A stretch of 63,962 bases of DNA, filler included, from Welwitschia mirabilis (taxonomy: Eukaryota), in assembly GCA_051453625.1 (NCBI GenBank). It is 6 parts of one record of this genome, joined end to end, with 100 filler letters (N's around TTAATTAATTAA, not from the genome) between each part and the next. Parts side by side here need not be neighbours in the genome. Positions count along the whole stretch, not along the records: positions 11,839 to 20,879 come from JBOZIK010000001.1; positions 20,980 to 30,817 come from JBOZIK010000001.1; 4 more parts are not named here. The stretch is one strand, 5' to 3'. Under the pieces are notes generated by a model. That model ran no database searches and was not told the DNA's origin. It saw only the letters and a list, made by a program, of their open reading frames with translations. Numbering within the stretch: position 1 is the stretch's first letter; the number at the start of each line of letters is the position of its first letter. A program made the translations under genes and the position numbers. This document shows positions 13,401-27,709 of the stretch, piece after piece.

Positions 13401-16400
13401 GTTTTAGAGGTTCCCCTCGATAAGGTGGACTTCCTTCCTATCATTATCTGAGTTCTTTCTTAGCCTACTATTTTGATTGATATTATAATGTTACCTGATC
13501 ATCTTTCAAATCTAACTTATGTATTACTTTATGGAGTTTCATGACTAGTTTTATACTTAGGCATTTACAGTGGTAAGATTAAATTCCCCCAATATTGAGA
13601 CATTCCCATGTTTATAGACTTTATATGAAGGAAGATGTCTTGGTTTCTTATGCCTTTTTTCAATGGTATTAAGGTCTTTAGTTCTTTGAGAGTGTTCTTT
13701 TCTATCTTTTATCTCACTTATTCACCTTTTTCTTTTTGAGTGTGTGATCATGTGGGAATTTTAAGAGAGAAATAATGACCACGAGCTATTATATTTTGTG
13801 CTTAAAAAAAAACATGGTCACCATTATATTCTATCATACTGGGGTAAATATTTCTGGAAGGAACCTTTGGTAGTGTTGATAGTTATAGAAACTCCATTAG
13901 GGGATCAGTTGGCTATGCTTTGCGAGTCCATACTTCTTTGACAATGGTTGCACTCCCCTCATCATGGAAAAAGAAATAAACTTTGAGGTCAGGGATTAGT
14001 GATATTCCTAGTGTCATCAGAAGCATTGCTTGTTTCCTATACTCTTAGTATTCCCACTTGGTCATTTTACTTTTGAATATTTGGATGTGTTTATGAGATG
14101 AGAGTAGGTGAGTTTATTTCTAAGTAACTTTTGATTTTGACATTCATTTAATTATGCACTTAAAGCTTTGACTATTGCCATAATCACTGCCTTTTCGAGT
14201 GAACTTTATGAAGTATCTACATTTTATCATACATATTTACTCAAGTAATGTTATGATGTCTTNNNNNNNNNNNNNNNNNNNNNNNNNNNNNNNNNNNNNN
14301 NNNNNNNNNNNNNNNNNNNNNNNNNNNNNNNNNNNNNNNNNNNNNNNNNNNNNNNNNNNNNNAAAAGAAATAAACTTTGAGGTCAGGGATTAGTGATATT
14401 CCTAGTATTATTAGAAGCATTGCTTGTTTCCTATACTCTTAGTATTCCCACTTGGTCATTTTACTTTTGAAGATTCAGATGTGTTTATGAGATGAGAGTA
14501 GGTGAGTTCATTTCTAAGTAACTTTTGATTTTGACATTCATTTAATTATGCACTTGAAGCTTTGACTATCGCCATAATCACTACCTTTTCGAGTGAACTT
14601 TATGAAGTATCTACATTTTATCATACATATTTACTCAAGTGATGTTATGATGTCTTCCTTGAGAGTTTTCTAGGATGGTACTTAAGATAAGTAAACAATC
14701 TTCTCCTTATTCCCTGTGTCTATTTTCACTCTGTGTTTCTTTGGTTTTTGATTTTAGATTTCAAAGTTATTTCCACATTTTCTTATTCTTTTATAGAACC
14801 TTAATCATTTAGTAGTTTTNNNNNNNNNNNNNNNNNNNNNNNNNNNNNNNNNNNNNNNNNNNNNNNNNNNNNNNNNNNNNNNNNNNNNNNNNNNNNNNNN
14901 NNNNNNNNNNNNNNNNNNNNNNNNNNNNNNNNNNNNNNNNNNNNNNNNNNNNNNNNNNNNNNNNNNNNNNNNNNNNNNNNNNNNNNNNNNNNNNNNNNNN
15001 NNNNNNNNNNNNNNNNNNNNNNNNNNNNNNNNNNNNNNNNNNNNNNNNNNNNNNNNNNNNNNNNNNNNNNNNNNNNNNNNNNNNNNNNNNNNNNNNNNNN
15101 NNNNNNNNNNNNNNNNNNNNNNNNNNNNNNNNNNNNNNNNNNNNNNNNNNNNNNNNNNNNNNNNNNNNNNNNNNNNNNNNNNNNNNNNNNNNNNNNNNNN
15201 NNNNNNNNNNNNNNNNNNNNNNNNNNNNNNNNNNNNNNNNNNNNNNNNNNNNNNNNNNNNNNNNNNNNNNNNNNNNNNNNNNNNNNNNNNNNNNNNNNNN
15301 NNNNNNNNNNNNNNNNNNNNNNNNNNNNNNNNNNNNNNNNNNNNNNNNNNNNNNNNNNNNNNNNNNNNNNNNNNNNNNNNNNNNNNNNNNNNNNNNNNNN
15401 NNNNNNNNNNNNNNNNNNNNNNNNNNNNNNNNNNNNNNNNNNNNNNNNNNNNNNNNNNNNNNNNNNNNNNNNNNNNNNNNNNNNNNNNNNNNNNNNNNNN
15501 NNNNNNNNNNNNNNNNNNNNNNNNNNNNNNNNNNNNNNNNNNNNNNNNNNNNNNNNNNNNNNNNNNNNNNNNNNNNNNNNNNNNNNNNNNNNNNNNNNNN
15601 NNNNNNNNNNNNNNNNNNNNNNNNNNNNNNNNNNNNNNNNNNNNNNNNNNNNNNNNNNNNNNNNNNNNNNNNNNNNNNNNNNNNNNNNNNNNNNNNNNNN
15701 NNNNNNNNNNNNTAAAACTGTGGCCCAAATCCTTTTTTCTTATGTTTTGTCATTTTGTTATCATTTTTGTTCATTCCTTTGAGAGACAACAATTCCTCTG
15801 GCTTGTACTAGTATTCCAGAATTTATTCCACTTGATTTTGTATCTAGATTTATTAGATCTTAGTAGATTTTCCAAAATGAGGTATGTTTCCCTCTCCTCC
15901 TATTTTTCAATTTTTTTTCACTTAGTTTTTAGCCTTTTGATGTGTAGTTTTCACATATATCATTCAGTTTTTTGCGCTCTTCATTTTGGGACTTACAGGT
16001 TTGAATTTTACCATATATTTTTTGAGTTATAAGTATTTTTGCATATTACTAGGTATTTTTAAATTTTCACTTTTCACACTTGTTTTTTCACAAATCGTAG
16101 GTTTAAACATAGTGGTCCTTTAGGCACGATTGATCATTTTAATGTGTTCTATGACTTTGTCGGATTAGATTTTTCATTAAGGCCCACTAAAAATACAGTT
16201 TTTGCATTTTTTGCACTTTTCTCATTTTCTCTCTCATGTTTAGGGAATTCAAGATGCATTGCACCTTTGGAGGGGGTGAAAGATATGTTTTAATATTTTT
16301 CATAGTTTTTCATCGATTTCAAGAGTCATTATTGCATATACATGTGATGTTTTTGACTTGTCTTTCTGTTTTTGCATGATGATTTTTCTATTTTCAATTG

Positions 16401-16419
16401 AATAGGCCCTTTACATGTA

Positions 16420-17703
16420 GAGCTAGATAGGCTGAGGCTGAGGTTGAGGCAACAGAGTAGGAGTCAAGTTCTCCAGTAGAGCTAGAGATCGAGTGTGTGG
16501 AGCTCGCACATCTGCCACCTCGACATGGTTGTTCCTTAAGTATACAGACCACTAGCATCCATGTCAAGTGGCATTTTGATGACTTCATAAGCCATATAGA
16601 TCCTAATGTAGATCAGATATTGACAGACTTAAAGCTTTCATGGATTATAGATGCACATGGGTCTTATTACGTGTTAGAGATAAGAGAGTTTTATGACACT
16701 ATGCACATATAAAGGCGACTTGACATTTGTGGTCAGCTACAGGAAATGATTGTTGCATTTATACAGGATCACGAGATATCCATTCTCCTATCCTACATTA
16801 TAGTTATCATACATCTTGGTGGGCTTGGGAGCATGCACATTTACTTAACTGGTGGGACTGAGAAGCATCGAGCCTATGGTGCTATTTTAAATATACCAAC
16901 CGATTTTACTACTAATTGACGAGGAGTAAATGTTATCCAGCTGACCCTTATATATAGGTATTGCATAGAGGGCTCATTTATAACATCAACCCATCTTTCT
17001 ATGACTGTCACACCATGGTGGTTCATTTATAGATTTTGGCATCTTTTAGATAGAGGGAGTAGATGGACCTACCTACATTTATCTGGAGGAGATTCAAATT
17101 CATGATAGAGGCATGACACCTTTAGACACTTTGTTATCCATGCCTCCTCTTAGCACTCTTTAGACAGTTTGGGATATTAGAGCATATGAGCGAGTAGCAT
17201 ATATCACACATTCAGACATCTGCTCGCTATTTACAGGAGATGGGTAGACAGTTTCCAAGAGAGGTAGAGAGACCTCAGGTATAGAGACCTATGGTTGAAG
17301 CTACTCTTAAGTAGATTCAGACTCTCTTGGCTAAGACCACCAAGATCATTAAAGGTTTCATAGACAGAAGTATCCATATACTTGATTAGAAGATCTACGC
17401 TCTTAATTATAGGAGGACTAGAGGACACAGACTCTTGATCAGGGAATTCTGTTTATTAAGAGGAGAGTGCAACACACCAAAGACTAGATGGTTGACATGC
17501 ACCAGTGTGTTGTCTCCATTTAGCAGAGTGTGACTGTAGACATTCCTAAGGCGATTCATATCTAGGGTGATGAAGCAGTCAGATCTATCTTTACATATCT
17601 AGACGTCCATTTCCCTATGGATTCTGAGCTTCCTCCTTCTTTTTCCCCTACTCCTGAGCCAGTTATCGAGCTTCATTTCATCATGCGTAGAAAAGGGAAG
17701 TGA
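16420..17703 (+). pseudogene. Athila env-like accessory ORF (decayed)
   Basis: Located between integrase and PPT; Y.LEIREFYD motif; Pro/Ser-rich tail ending MRRKGK-stop. Confidence 0.6.
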
Positions 17704-18240
17704 TTTTATTATTATTTTGTATCTCCCCTTTTATATACTTTTACATAAAAAAAGGAGAAAAAAACCTCTTTTGATATATAGACACTTTATTTTTTATCAT
17801 GGTGTACTCATTTGTATCTAATTTTTCATGATTATCTTTTAATTTCTTATGATGAGGATCTATTTTATTATACCTGGGAAAATTTTCTATTCATAACTGC
17901 TTAATTTAATAAGGGGATATTTTATTACTTTGATTGATTATCTATTTAAAAAAAAAAAATTTCTATCGCAAGTTTTAAATTTCAAAAACCTTTTTTTGAG
18001 CCTCCTATCCCCTCCATTATCCGAATGACAACCTAGACGACCGACTGGTTAAGTTCCTAGTAGGTATATATTCAATTTTTCTGATTTTTTTAAAATTAAG
18101 TTTATATCTCTGTAATTTGTGCAAATCTTTCTAAGATAATTTCCTCAAGTATCCTAGTTGTTTTATTATCTAATAAGTTGGGTCGCAAACATGGTTTACT
18201 AGCTGGTTTTCTTAGACTTCAAAGGCTAAGTAGAGGGTTA

Positions 18241-19340
18241 TGTTGCATTACCAACTTATGCATATTTGATAGGGTATTTGAGTGGTTTTATAGGTAAATA
18301 GACACGTAAATGCTTGATTTCTATGATAATAGAGAGTTAAGATGAAAAGGATGAAAACACGCAATCTTCATGATAATTTACAGCATTATGAATAAATCTA
18401 AATACTTTACATTTCTAAAGATAAATTTCAGCAAAACATTGAGGTTGATGCAATAATTGAAGAATTATCAAAGGCCCTTATCCATTTCATCATCTAGACG
18501 ATTGTACAGATGATTGCACAAAGAGTGCAAATTGGGATGCTGATTATAGTCTATCTAGTAGCTAATGTGGATTAATTATAAGGTGGCNNNNNNNNNNNNN
18601 NNNNNNNNNNNNNNNNNNNNNNNNNNCTATTGTAATGTCTATACTAAAAATTTACCTAACTTCTGCCACTTGTATTTTCTATTTTTCTCTTACGTGGATG
18701 TTACGGTTCGCTCGTGCCTTTTTATCTTTGTTGTTGTGTATTGAGTCAATAAATAAAGATCTTGTACTCAACTCCTGCTTGTCTTCATTTGCACTTGAAA
18801 TTCTTGTGATAGGAGATCGAAGGGCCAGAGGTCCATCCTTATAATTATAGAAAGACATTTCCTTGGTGTTGGGCGGCCATTCCTCCATTTAGATGTGACT
18901 ACTTTGTAATACGGATGTGGTTTGAAACTTAATACAAAAATATTATTTTTATATTTTCAATGTGTGATTATTTCTCACTTTTATAGCTTATGTTGCTTCT
19001 GATCTGGTGATAGTTTCTCTACTGATATAGGTCATGAGGCAATCTTTGTCAAAGTTGTGCTTGGTTAGTTAAGTTAGGTGCATTGTTGTTTCTTTTTTTT
19101 AGATTAGCTTTGCACGAGTGTGTTATATTTACTTTCATTTATTATAAGTTATTTTTGTAGATTAGGATGCAAGTATTTCTATATGAAAAAGTAACTCTAT
19201 TGTTTCCTACTTTGTCATTTGACGAATTATGACAATCGGGTCACTTCTGTCTATATTACTGTGTTGTTTTGTGCATTATTATTTATGGTTAACAGGATTC
19301 TATTCAAGATGAAAATATTACATAAATACGCACTGCAACA
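18241..19340 (+). mobile_element. 3' LTR of the Athila-like element (about 1.1 kb)
   Basis: TGTTG...CAACA termini, preceded by PPT; Copia coding sequence resumes at 19341. Confidence 0.85.
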
Positions 19341-19955
19341 ATAAGCCAAGGTATGAACATCTAATGTTTACAAATAATATTATTTATTATTATTGTCATA
19401 ATAGAGGTCATTATCATTATAAGTACATAATGAAATCCAAAAATAGGTATTATATTAATAAGGCTAAGAGGCCTAGTAGAATGGTATAACATTTTATGTA
19501 GGGTGAATCAAGAAAAATATGGGTATCAAAATAAAAACCAGCTCTTTTAGCACAAATAACACTTAGAATAGTGAAGAAGCATGCTTGGTACATTGACAGT
19601 GGATGTTCAAAACACATGACAGGAGAAAAATCTAGTTTTACTACTTTAGTGAAATAAGATAAAGAGTAGTAACCTTTGAAGACAACAGAGAAGCACCAAT
19701 TAGAGGTATTGATACTATTAGAGGAGGTAATCTACCAAAGGTAAAGGATGTCTTTTTTGTAGAAGGTTTGCAACATAATCTTTTAAGTGTAAGTTAATTA
19801 TGCAACGTAAATTTTTTGGCTACCTTTACAAGATATGATTACATTATAGAGAACAAAACCTAATTAAAGTTTTATTTATTAATATAAAAAAATCAAATGT
19901 TTATATTACTACTTTATAAGATATATCTAACAATGAAATCAAGTGTTTTCTAAGT
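19341..19955 (+). pseudogene. SIRE gag zinc knuckle and protease (decayed)
   Basis: C.NRGH remnant; WYIDSGCSKHMTGEK; VEGLQHNLLSVS*LC. Confidence 0.9.
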
Positions 19956-20222
19956 NNNNNNNNNNNNNNNNNNNNNNNNNNNNNNNNNNNNNNNNNNNNN
20001 NNNNNNNNNNNNNNNNNNNNNNNNNNNNNNNNNNNNNNNNNNNNNNNNNNNNNNNNNNNNNNNNNNNNNNNNNNNNNNNNNNNNNNNNNNNNNNNNNNNN
20101 NNNNNNNNNNNNNNNNNNNNNNNNNNNNNNNNNNNNNNNNNNNNNNNNNNNNNNNNNNNNNNNNNNNNNNNNNNNNNNNNNNNNNNNNNNNNNNNNNNNN
20201 NNNNNNNNNNNNNNNNNNNNNN

Positions 20223-21335
20223 GTTAATCTAAAAAAGGGCATAGCAATGCACCTAAACTAATAATGCTCAACCTTAATAAAGGTTGTTTTCATAATCTAT
20301 ATCACTTCAGAAACTATCACTAAATCAAAAGCAACATAAACTATGAGGAATAAGAACAAATAAGGATAAGAAATGAAAAAGAAGTCTTTGTATTAATCGA
20401 ATCACATCCATGTTACAAAGCATCCGCACCTCAATGAAGGAAGCATAGCCTAATACTAAGAAAGATGTCTCTCTGCAACTATNNNNNNNNNNNNNNNNNN
20501 NNNNNNNNNNNNNNNNNNNNNNNNNNNNNNNNNNNNNNNNNNNNNNNNNNNNNNNNNNNNNNNNNNNNNNNNNNNNNNNNNNTATTAATCGAATCACATC
20601 CATGTTACAAAGCATCCGCACCTCAATGGAGGAAGCATAGCCCAATACTAAGAAAGATGTCTCTCTACAACTACCAAAAATGGATCTTCGGCCTTTCGAT
20701 CTCCTATTATGAGAATTTTTAATGTAAGTAAAGCCAAGATGTATTTAAGGGTGGAATCAATATTTATTAATAACAAACTACAACAATAGGATAAACAGAC
20801 AAGCGTAGGCACAACCCTAACAGCCACGTAAAAGACACACAAATAAATGGCAAAAATCCGGTGAATGTTCAGTGGAATGNNNNNNNNNNNNNNNNNNNNN
20901 NNNNNNNNNNNNNNNNNNNNNNNTTAATTAATTAANNNNNNNNNNNNNNNNNNNNNNNNNNNNNNNNNNNNNNNNNNNNATAAATGGTAAAAGTTAGGTG
21001 AATGTTCAGTTAGACATTATAATAGATGTCATTCTGCTAGCCATCTGGACAATATAGGGGATATGTCATCTCATAAATAATCCATGTAATTTGCCAAATT
21101 GATCATAGATAGCATCCTCGTTAGTCTCAACAATCAATGTTTGTAGGAAATTTATCTTAAAAATAGGAAGTATTGAAAACTGCTCCAAATGCTATAAAAT
21201 GTCATGGAGATTTCATATTTTTGTATCTTTTATCTCATCTCTCTATGATCATGGAATTCTAGGATAAACCTNNNNNNNNNNNNGCAAAACTACTCAAAAT
21301 ACTCTATCAAATATATGCAAGTTGATAGCGTAATA
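20223..21335 (-). mobile_element. Solo LTR of the Athila-like family inserted in the SIRE pol
   Basis: Reverse complement aligns with 18241-19110; terminus at 21335 is followed directly by Copia (W)HRKL..VN; no internal sequence seen. Confidence 0.75.
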
Positions 21336-22997
21336 CATAGGAAGCTTGAATATGTAAACAAAGATTTACTATCTTCAAATGAAATGATGAGAAGACTTTC
21401 CAAGTTAAAAAGCATTGATAATCAAATCTGTAAAGAATGTCGAGAAGGGAAGCAAACAAAGGTAAAATTTAATAAGAAAAACACTATCTCAATTGAATGA
21501 CCATTAGATCTCATACATCTAGACATTATTAATCCTTCATCTATAGAAACCTTAGGTAAGAAAAAGATATTATTTAATAGTTATAGATGATTTNNNNNNN
21601 NNNNNNNNNNNNNNNNNNNNNNNNNNNNNNNNNNNNNNNNNNNNNNNNNNNNNNNNNNNNNNNNNNNNNNNNNNNNNNNNNNNNNNNNNNNNNNNNNNNN
21701 NNNNNNNNNNNNNNNNNNNNNNNNNNNNNNNNNNNNNNNNNNNNNNNNNNNNNNNNNNNNNNNNNNNNNNNNNNNNNNNNNNNNNNNNNNNNNNNNNNNN
21801 NNNNNNNNNNNNNNNNNNNNNNNNNNNNNNNNNNNNNNNNNNNNNNNNNNNNNNNNNNNNNNNNNNNNNNNNNNNNNNNNNNNNNNNNNNNNNNNNNNNN
21901 NNNNNNNNNNNNNNNNNNNNNNNNNNNNNNNNNNNNNNNNNNNNNNNNNNNNNNNNNNNNNNNNNNNNNNNNNNNNNNNNNNNNNNNNNNNNNNNNNNNN
22001 NNNNNNNNNNNNNNNNNNNNNNNNNNNNNNNNNNNNNNNNNNNNNNNNNNNNNNNNNNNNNNNNNNNNNNNNNNNNNNNNNNNNNNNNNNNNNNNNNNNN
22101 NNNNNNNNNNNNNNNNNNNNNNNNNNNNNNNNNNNNNNNNNNNNNNNNNNNNNNNNNNNNNNNNNNNNNNNNNNNNNNNNNNNNNNNNNNNNNNNNNNNN
22201 NNNNNNNNNNNNNNNNNNNNNNNNNNNNNNNNNNNNNNNNNNNNNNNNNNNNNNNNNNNNNNNNNNNNNNNNNNNNNNNNNNNNNNNNNNNNNNNNNNNN
22301 NNNNNNNNNNNNNNNNNNNNNNNNNNNNNNNNNNNNNNNNNNNNNNNNNNNNNNNNNNNNNNNNNNNNNNNNNNNNNNNNNNNNNNNNNNNNNNNNNNNN
22401 NNNNNNNNNNNNNNNNNNNNNNNNNNNNNNNNNNNNNNNNNNNNNNNNNNNNNNNNNNNNNNNNNNNNNNNNNNNNNNNNNNNNNNNNNNNNNNNNAATA
22501 GTTGTAGATGATTTTTGTCAATTTACATGGGGAGCTTTCCTTACATACAAGGATGAGGCCTTTAATTCTTTTTTAAGTTGTGCATCAGGTTACAGAATCA
22601 AAAGGGATACAAGATCAAAATGCTAAGAAGTGAGAATGATATGGAGTTTAAAAATGCAAGGTTCAAAGAGTTGTGTGAACAGTTTGGTATTATACAACAA
22701 TTCTCTACTCTAAGGATTCCCCAATAAAATGGAGTGACTAAAGGAAAAAGTAGGATTTTCAATAAAATCACTAAAACAATGATGCACAACAAAAAGATAC
22801 CATATCATTTTTGGGCAAAAGCAATCAACATAGCTTGTTACATTTCAAATAGAGTTCTGGTAAGAATATTTACTTCCAAGACTTCAAATAAGTCATGGTT
22901 TAGTAAGAAGCCTTCTATAAATTACGTTCACATCTTTTGATTAAAATGCTTTATTTTAAATGAAAAGGATAATCTAGTAATGTTTGATTTAAAAGTT
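21336..22997 (+). pseudogene. SIRE integrase, part 1 (decayed)
   Basis: HRKL, ICKECREGKQTK, PLDLIHLD, IVVDD, LRSEND.EF, P**NGV, FWAKAINIACYISNR. Confidence 0.9.
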
Positions 22998-23520
22998 TTT
23001 TTTGAATGAAATAGGAAGATTTCATTGCTGAAGAAAAGTTAAAAAAATAACTCTTACATATAACTAAAAACAAACCTTATCTTGATGCCCGCAAAAGCTG
23101 TGACATAGGGGAGGAAGCATCCTATGCTATAGATCTTCCTACAAAAGTCCCAATTGGGTAGACTACTTAGAATCACGAAGCTTGGAAGATAAGCTTTCTG
23201 CTTGATCATTAGTGCTCCTTCAATGACCTTGGGGAAGACTTAGAAGTCTATATGTGTCATACAAAGTGGAGGACCATATTTGGGAGAAACTACAATTTTA
23301 GTACATAGGAATTTCACCAGTAAATAGCACTTCAAAGGCTGGCTTAGGGAAGTTGGAAGATAATTATAGCACCTCATGAATCAGCTTGGGAAGACTAGTA
23401 TGTGGAACTCATGAGGGGACATCCTTCATTTTTTAGCACCTAATATGTAGAGGAAAACTGAAATTCAACAGAGGAGATTCTTCTGATGAGCATGATTACA
23501 TAAAATTTTGAAAAATAAAA

Positions 23521-26500
23521 TCATTTTGATACAAATTCAGGGGAGATACCCGTGAACTGACACCATTTCCAATTCCTGCAGGTCTCTTTCATTTTCTGAA
23601 TGGTTGAAAGTTTGATCTTCAAAAGAATTTTGATCTCATTAGCTCTTTGATGGATCCTGAAATCTTCTTTCCTGAAAACCTTTACATTCCTTTCTTGCTC
23701 GATGTGATAGATGCTAGCAGTGATCAGTGACATGGTGATATTGTTTTGANNNGTACTATTTCTAAGTTTATGTTTTATCCACTATAATAAGATTGACCAA
23801 GAAGTTGAAGGGGGTTGAAGTAAAACCAGGCTCAGGAAAGACTAGAAAAGCTCAAAGAAATGGGGTCATTCAAAAAAGATATGGTCTTTCATCTCTTCAG
23901 CCTGATCATAAAGACTACATATGGGGTCAATCTGGTATCCAAATTTGATCATTCTTTTTTTGGTATTTACTTATTGATGCATATAAGCCATGAAATAAAA
24001 GACTACTTTGGTAATGCATATCTATTCCAAACAAATGAAAACCACTCAACTTTGGAGGTTTGTCCACTCAATTGAGCATAGGTGGATGAGGTGGAAAAAG
24101 GCATTCCTAGTATCTTCCAAACCAAAACTTAACTAGTAAGATCTATGCATGAACTTGCTTGGCTTTTAAGCTTCAATAATTTTGTAATTATTTAGAAAGT
24201 GCTTTGCTTCACCTAATATTTCCAAATATTTGTGTTTTTGAAATAATATTCATAACACCATTTGACCCATATGCTATCTTTTTTGAGAGCTAGATCCTAG
24301 AGCTATGTCATAATCAGGGCTTTTTGCATCAAGATAGAGTCTGACAGGCCTAGTCCTCTTGCAATTTTTGGCTTCACCAAGGTTTGCCAATTTACAAGGG
24401 CCTTCTTAGACTGAGTATAGGTCCCTCTTCATAAAAACCTTCTACAAAGAGAATTGAATTCAGTGATTACCTTCTTGGAAATAAGAAAGACTTTACATCA
24501 AAAAGAGCTTAAACTTTAAAGCACAACTTTAACCAGAACAAGTCTTCTTGCATATGAGAGGAATTTTATGGTCCAAGATATTATTCTCTCTGTTACCTTC
24601 AAGATTATTTCGAGGTAACTTAGAATGGATAGTTTTTTAGAGTTAAGAGACACTCGAAGGTATCTAACAGGGAGGGCACCTTTTGCAAATCCTAGTTCAT
24701 AAAGAAACCATTGTTTTTGGCCTTGAGACATGCCTCCAAAGAAGGCTTAACTCTTGGAGAGGTATGCTTGTAATTCAAAGACATTTGAAAAGTGTTTCAA
24801 TTATAGATCCAAAGATTGAATGGAGGTATCATCACCTCTGCATAGCACAAATGAATAATTTTTAATCTATGACATTTTGAATGGCAGTCGAAATGAGGGT
24901 TATCAGCCATTGAAGAAGTATGGTGACAAATGGTCTCCTTTTTTGAGTCCTCTTTCCCCTAAAAAAACCNNNNNNNNNNNNNNNNNNNNNNNNNNNNNNN
25001 NNNNNNNNNNNNNNNNNNNNNNNNNNNNNNNNNNNNNNNNNNNNNNNNNNNNNNNNNNNNNNNNNNNNNNNNNNNNNNNNNNNNNNNNNNNNNNNNNNNN
25101 NNNNNNNNNNNNNNNNNNNNNNNNNNNNNNNNNNNNNNNNNNNNNNNNNNNNNNNNNNNNNNNNNNNNNNNNNNNNNNNNNNNNNNNNNNNNNNNNNNNN
25201 NNNNNNNNNNNNNNNNNNNNNNNNNNNNNNNNNNNNNNNNNNNNNNNNNNNNNNNNNNNNNNNNNNNNNNNNNNNNNNNNNNNNNNNNNNNNNNNNNNNN
25301 NNNNNNNNNNNNNNNNNNNNNNNNNNNNNNNNNNNNNNNNNNNNNNNNNNNNNNNNNNNNNNNNNNNNNNNNNNNNNNNNNNNNNNNNNNNNNNNNNNNN
25401 NNNNNNNNNNNNNNNNNNNNNNNNNNNNNNNNNNNNNNNNNNNNNNNNNNNNNNNNNNNNNNNNNNNNNNNNNNNNNNNNNNNNNNNNNNNNNNNNNNNN
25501 NNNNNNNNNNNNNNNNNNNNNNNNNNNNNNNNNNNNNNNNNNNNNNNNNNNNNNNNNNNNNNNNNNNNNNNNNNNNNNNNNNNNNNNNNNNNNNNNNNNN
25601 NNNNNNNNNNNNNNNNNNNNNNNNNNNNNNNNNNNNNNNNNNNNNNNNNNNNNNNNNNNNNNNNNNNNNNNNNNNNNNNNNNNNNNNNNNNNNNNNNNNN
25701 NNNNNNNNNNNNNNNNNNNNNNNNNNNNNNNNNNNNNNNNNNNNNNNNNNNNNNNNNNNNNNNNNNNNNNNNNNNNNNNNNNNNNNNNNNNNNNNNNNNN
25801 NNNNNNNNNNNNNNNATTCACTAAAATAGAGTAGAAAGAAGTGAAGATACAAGCCAAAATTCAATTTATAAGTTTGAAGGAAAATCCTAAACCCACCAAA
25901 ACTTTCTTGAGGAAAGGCCATGACATAGAGTCATAGGATTTCCTTAGGTCCACCTTGAGAGCACACCTTGGGCTTATCTGCTTTCTTTCATAGTGCTGAA
26001 CAAGTTCTTAAGCAAGAAGAATATTTTGGATGATGCTTCACTGGGGAATAAAAGCTCCTTGATTATGTTCCACTACATGCTCAATGATGCCTTTAATTCT
26101 TTATAACCTGATGTTAGCAATGGCTTTCTAGGCCTAATTGCAACACACTATGGGCCTGTAATATGAAGTACTACTAAGGCAATCATTTTTTGAAATCAAA
26201 ACAATGGCTATGGAATTAATGCTTTTTGGCAAGTTATAGTTTTGCAAAAAAATTTTTATAGACATACTGACTTCTTCTCCTATGATATTCCAAGTGAATT
26301 TGAAGAATTTTGTTGTCCGTTCTTCAAGAATGGGGGCCTTGTCATTATCTATAAAAAAAAAATGCACTCTTGATTTCTTCAAAAGTGATTGGTTTGCACA
26401 ACTTTATGCATTGATTCTCACTTAATTTTGGTTCAACATTTAGAATGGAGTGGTTTAGATTAGAAACATTCACCTCTGTTTCTATTAAATCCTGAAAGAA

Positions 26501-27705
26501 GGAAATTAGATCTTGCTTGATATAGTCTAGCTAATTAATCAATTATCCATTTGCATTATGAATGGTACTAATGAAAGAATTGTGCTTTCTTTGCTTAATC
26601 TAAGCATGGAAATAAACTGAGTTGAGATCACCTTTATGAGCCCATCGGATCCTGGTTATTTGCTTATTAAAGAGGAATTCTTAGGTAAGCAATTTTTATA
26701 ATACAAGATAGAGATTCTTTCTTTCTCTATTAACTTACTGTTTTCTGGGGAAACATTTAACTGACACTGAAGAGTTGTGAGCTTATTTTTAGCATTTCTT
26801 ACATGATGATATATCTCTCTAGTAGAGTTGCTAAATTTTACCCTAAGGTCATGCTTAATCTATTTGAGATCCTTATGGATGTCAGCAAAGCAAGTGTAAA
26901 AGGGAAAAAAAAGACCACTCCTTTTGAATAAATCTGGTAAAATCTTCATTTTTGCACAAAGAATTACAGAATCTAAACCATGGGTATGTTTTGAAGCTTT
27001 CATTGTAAAAAAGTAAGACTAGGGAATGATTAAAAATACCTGGGGAAAGAAAATCTACATATGACTATCGATAGGCATTGGTTCATTTATCATTTGAAAT
27101 AGCTCTGTCCAACTTGCATTGAATCTGTCTTCTTTTTGGTATTTGTTAGACCATATGAAGAAATACCCTACATTCTTAAGATCAGTTAAACCAGTGATAT
27201 GAAATAAGTTTTGAAGTTTTGTAATATTCCTATTATTTACTAGATTGCTATTGTTTTTTTTCATTGGATCAATGATTTAGTTAAAATATCCTAACAGAAT
27301 CTAAGGATGTTAGGCAAATGCGTAATATGTTAATGATGTCTCTCCAAAGCAATTATCTTTCTTTGACTGTGTTGAACCCATATACAAAAGAATTCCAAAT
27401 AACTCTATTTCTATATTTTATCTCACAGTGAATAATTTCAAGGAAGGAGAGAAGAACTATAAAATTCACTCCATTTGGATTCCAAAATATTAAGATTATT
27501 TCATTGGAAGAAGTAGTAAAATTATGCACATACCTTTAGTTGGAATTGGGCTTGCAGTTCTTAGTAATCATGTCTACTCTTTCTACCTAGATCTTGATTT
27601 CTATCATAGCAAAAATAATAATTATTAGCTTAGAAATTATAAGTTTTATTTCCTGCTATTTGGTAGGGCATTTAAACCACTAATATTCTAGCTAGCCATT
27701 TGCAT
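23521..27705 (-). pseudogene. LINE ORF2 (AP endonuclease, RT, C-terminal zinc-binding region)
   Basis: MAS*NISGLN start; YRPIVCCN; LKVDL; GALPVRYL; LSYARRLVLVKVVL; IYHI.QERN. Confidence 0.9.
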
Positions 27706-27709
27706 TATG

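Larger units (their letters stand above)
6117..19340 (+). mobile_element. Athila-like Ty3/Gypsy element nested in the SIRE gag (left boundary in gap 5130-6116)
   Basis: 6117-6367 matches 18840-19090 (LTR pair); gag, protease, integrase, env-like ORF, PPT aaggctaagtagagggtta, 3' LTR TGTTG...CAACA. Confidence 0.85.

Noticed and set aside
15742..16032. Hydrophobic 96-aa ORF (also 2221-2421, 33234-33422, 62832-63080)
   Set aside because: F/L/I richness follows from T-rich non-coding sequence; no recognisable domain
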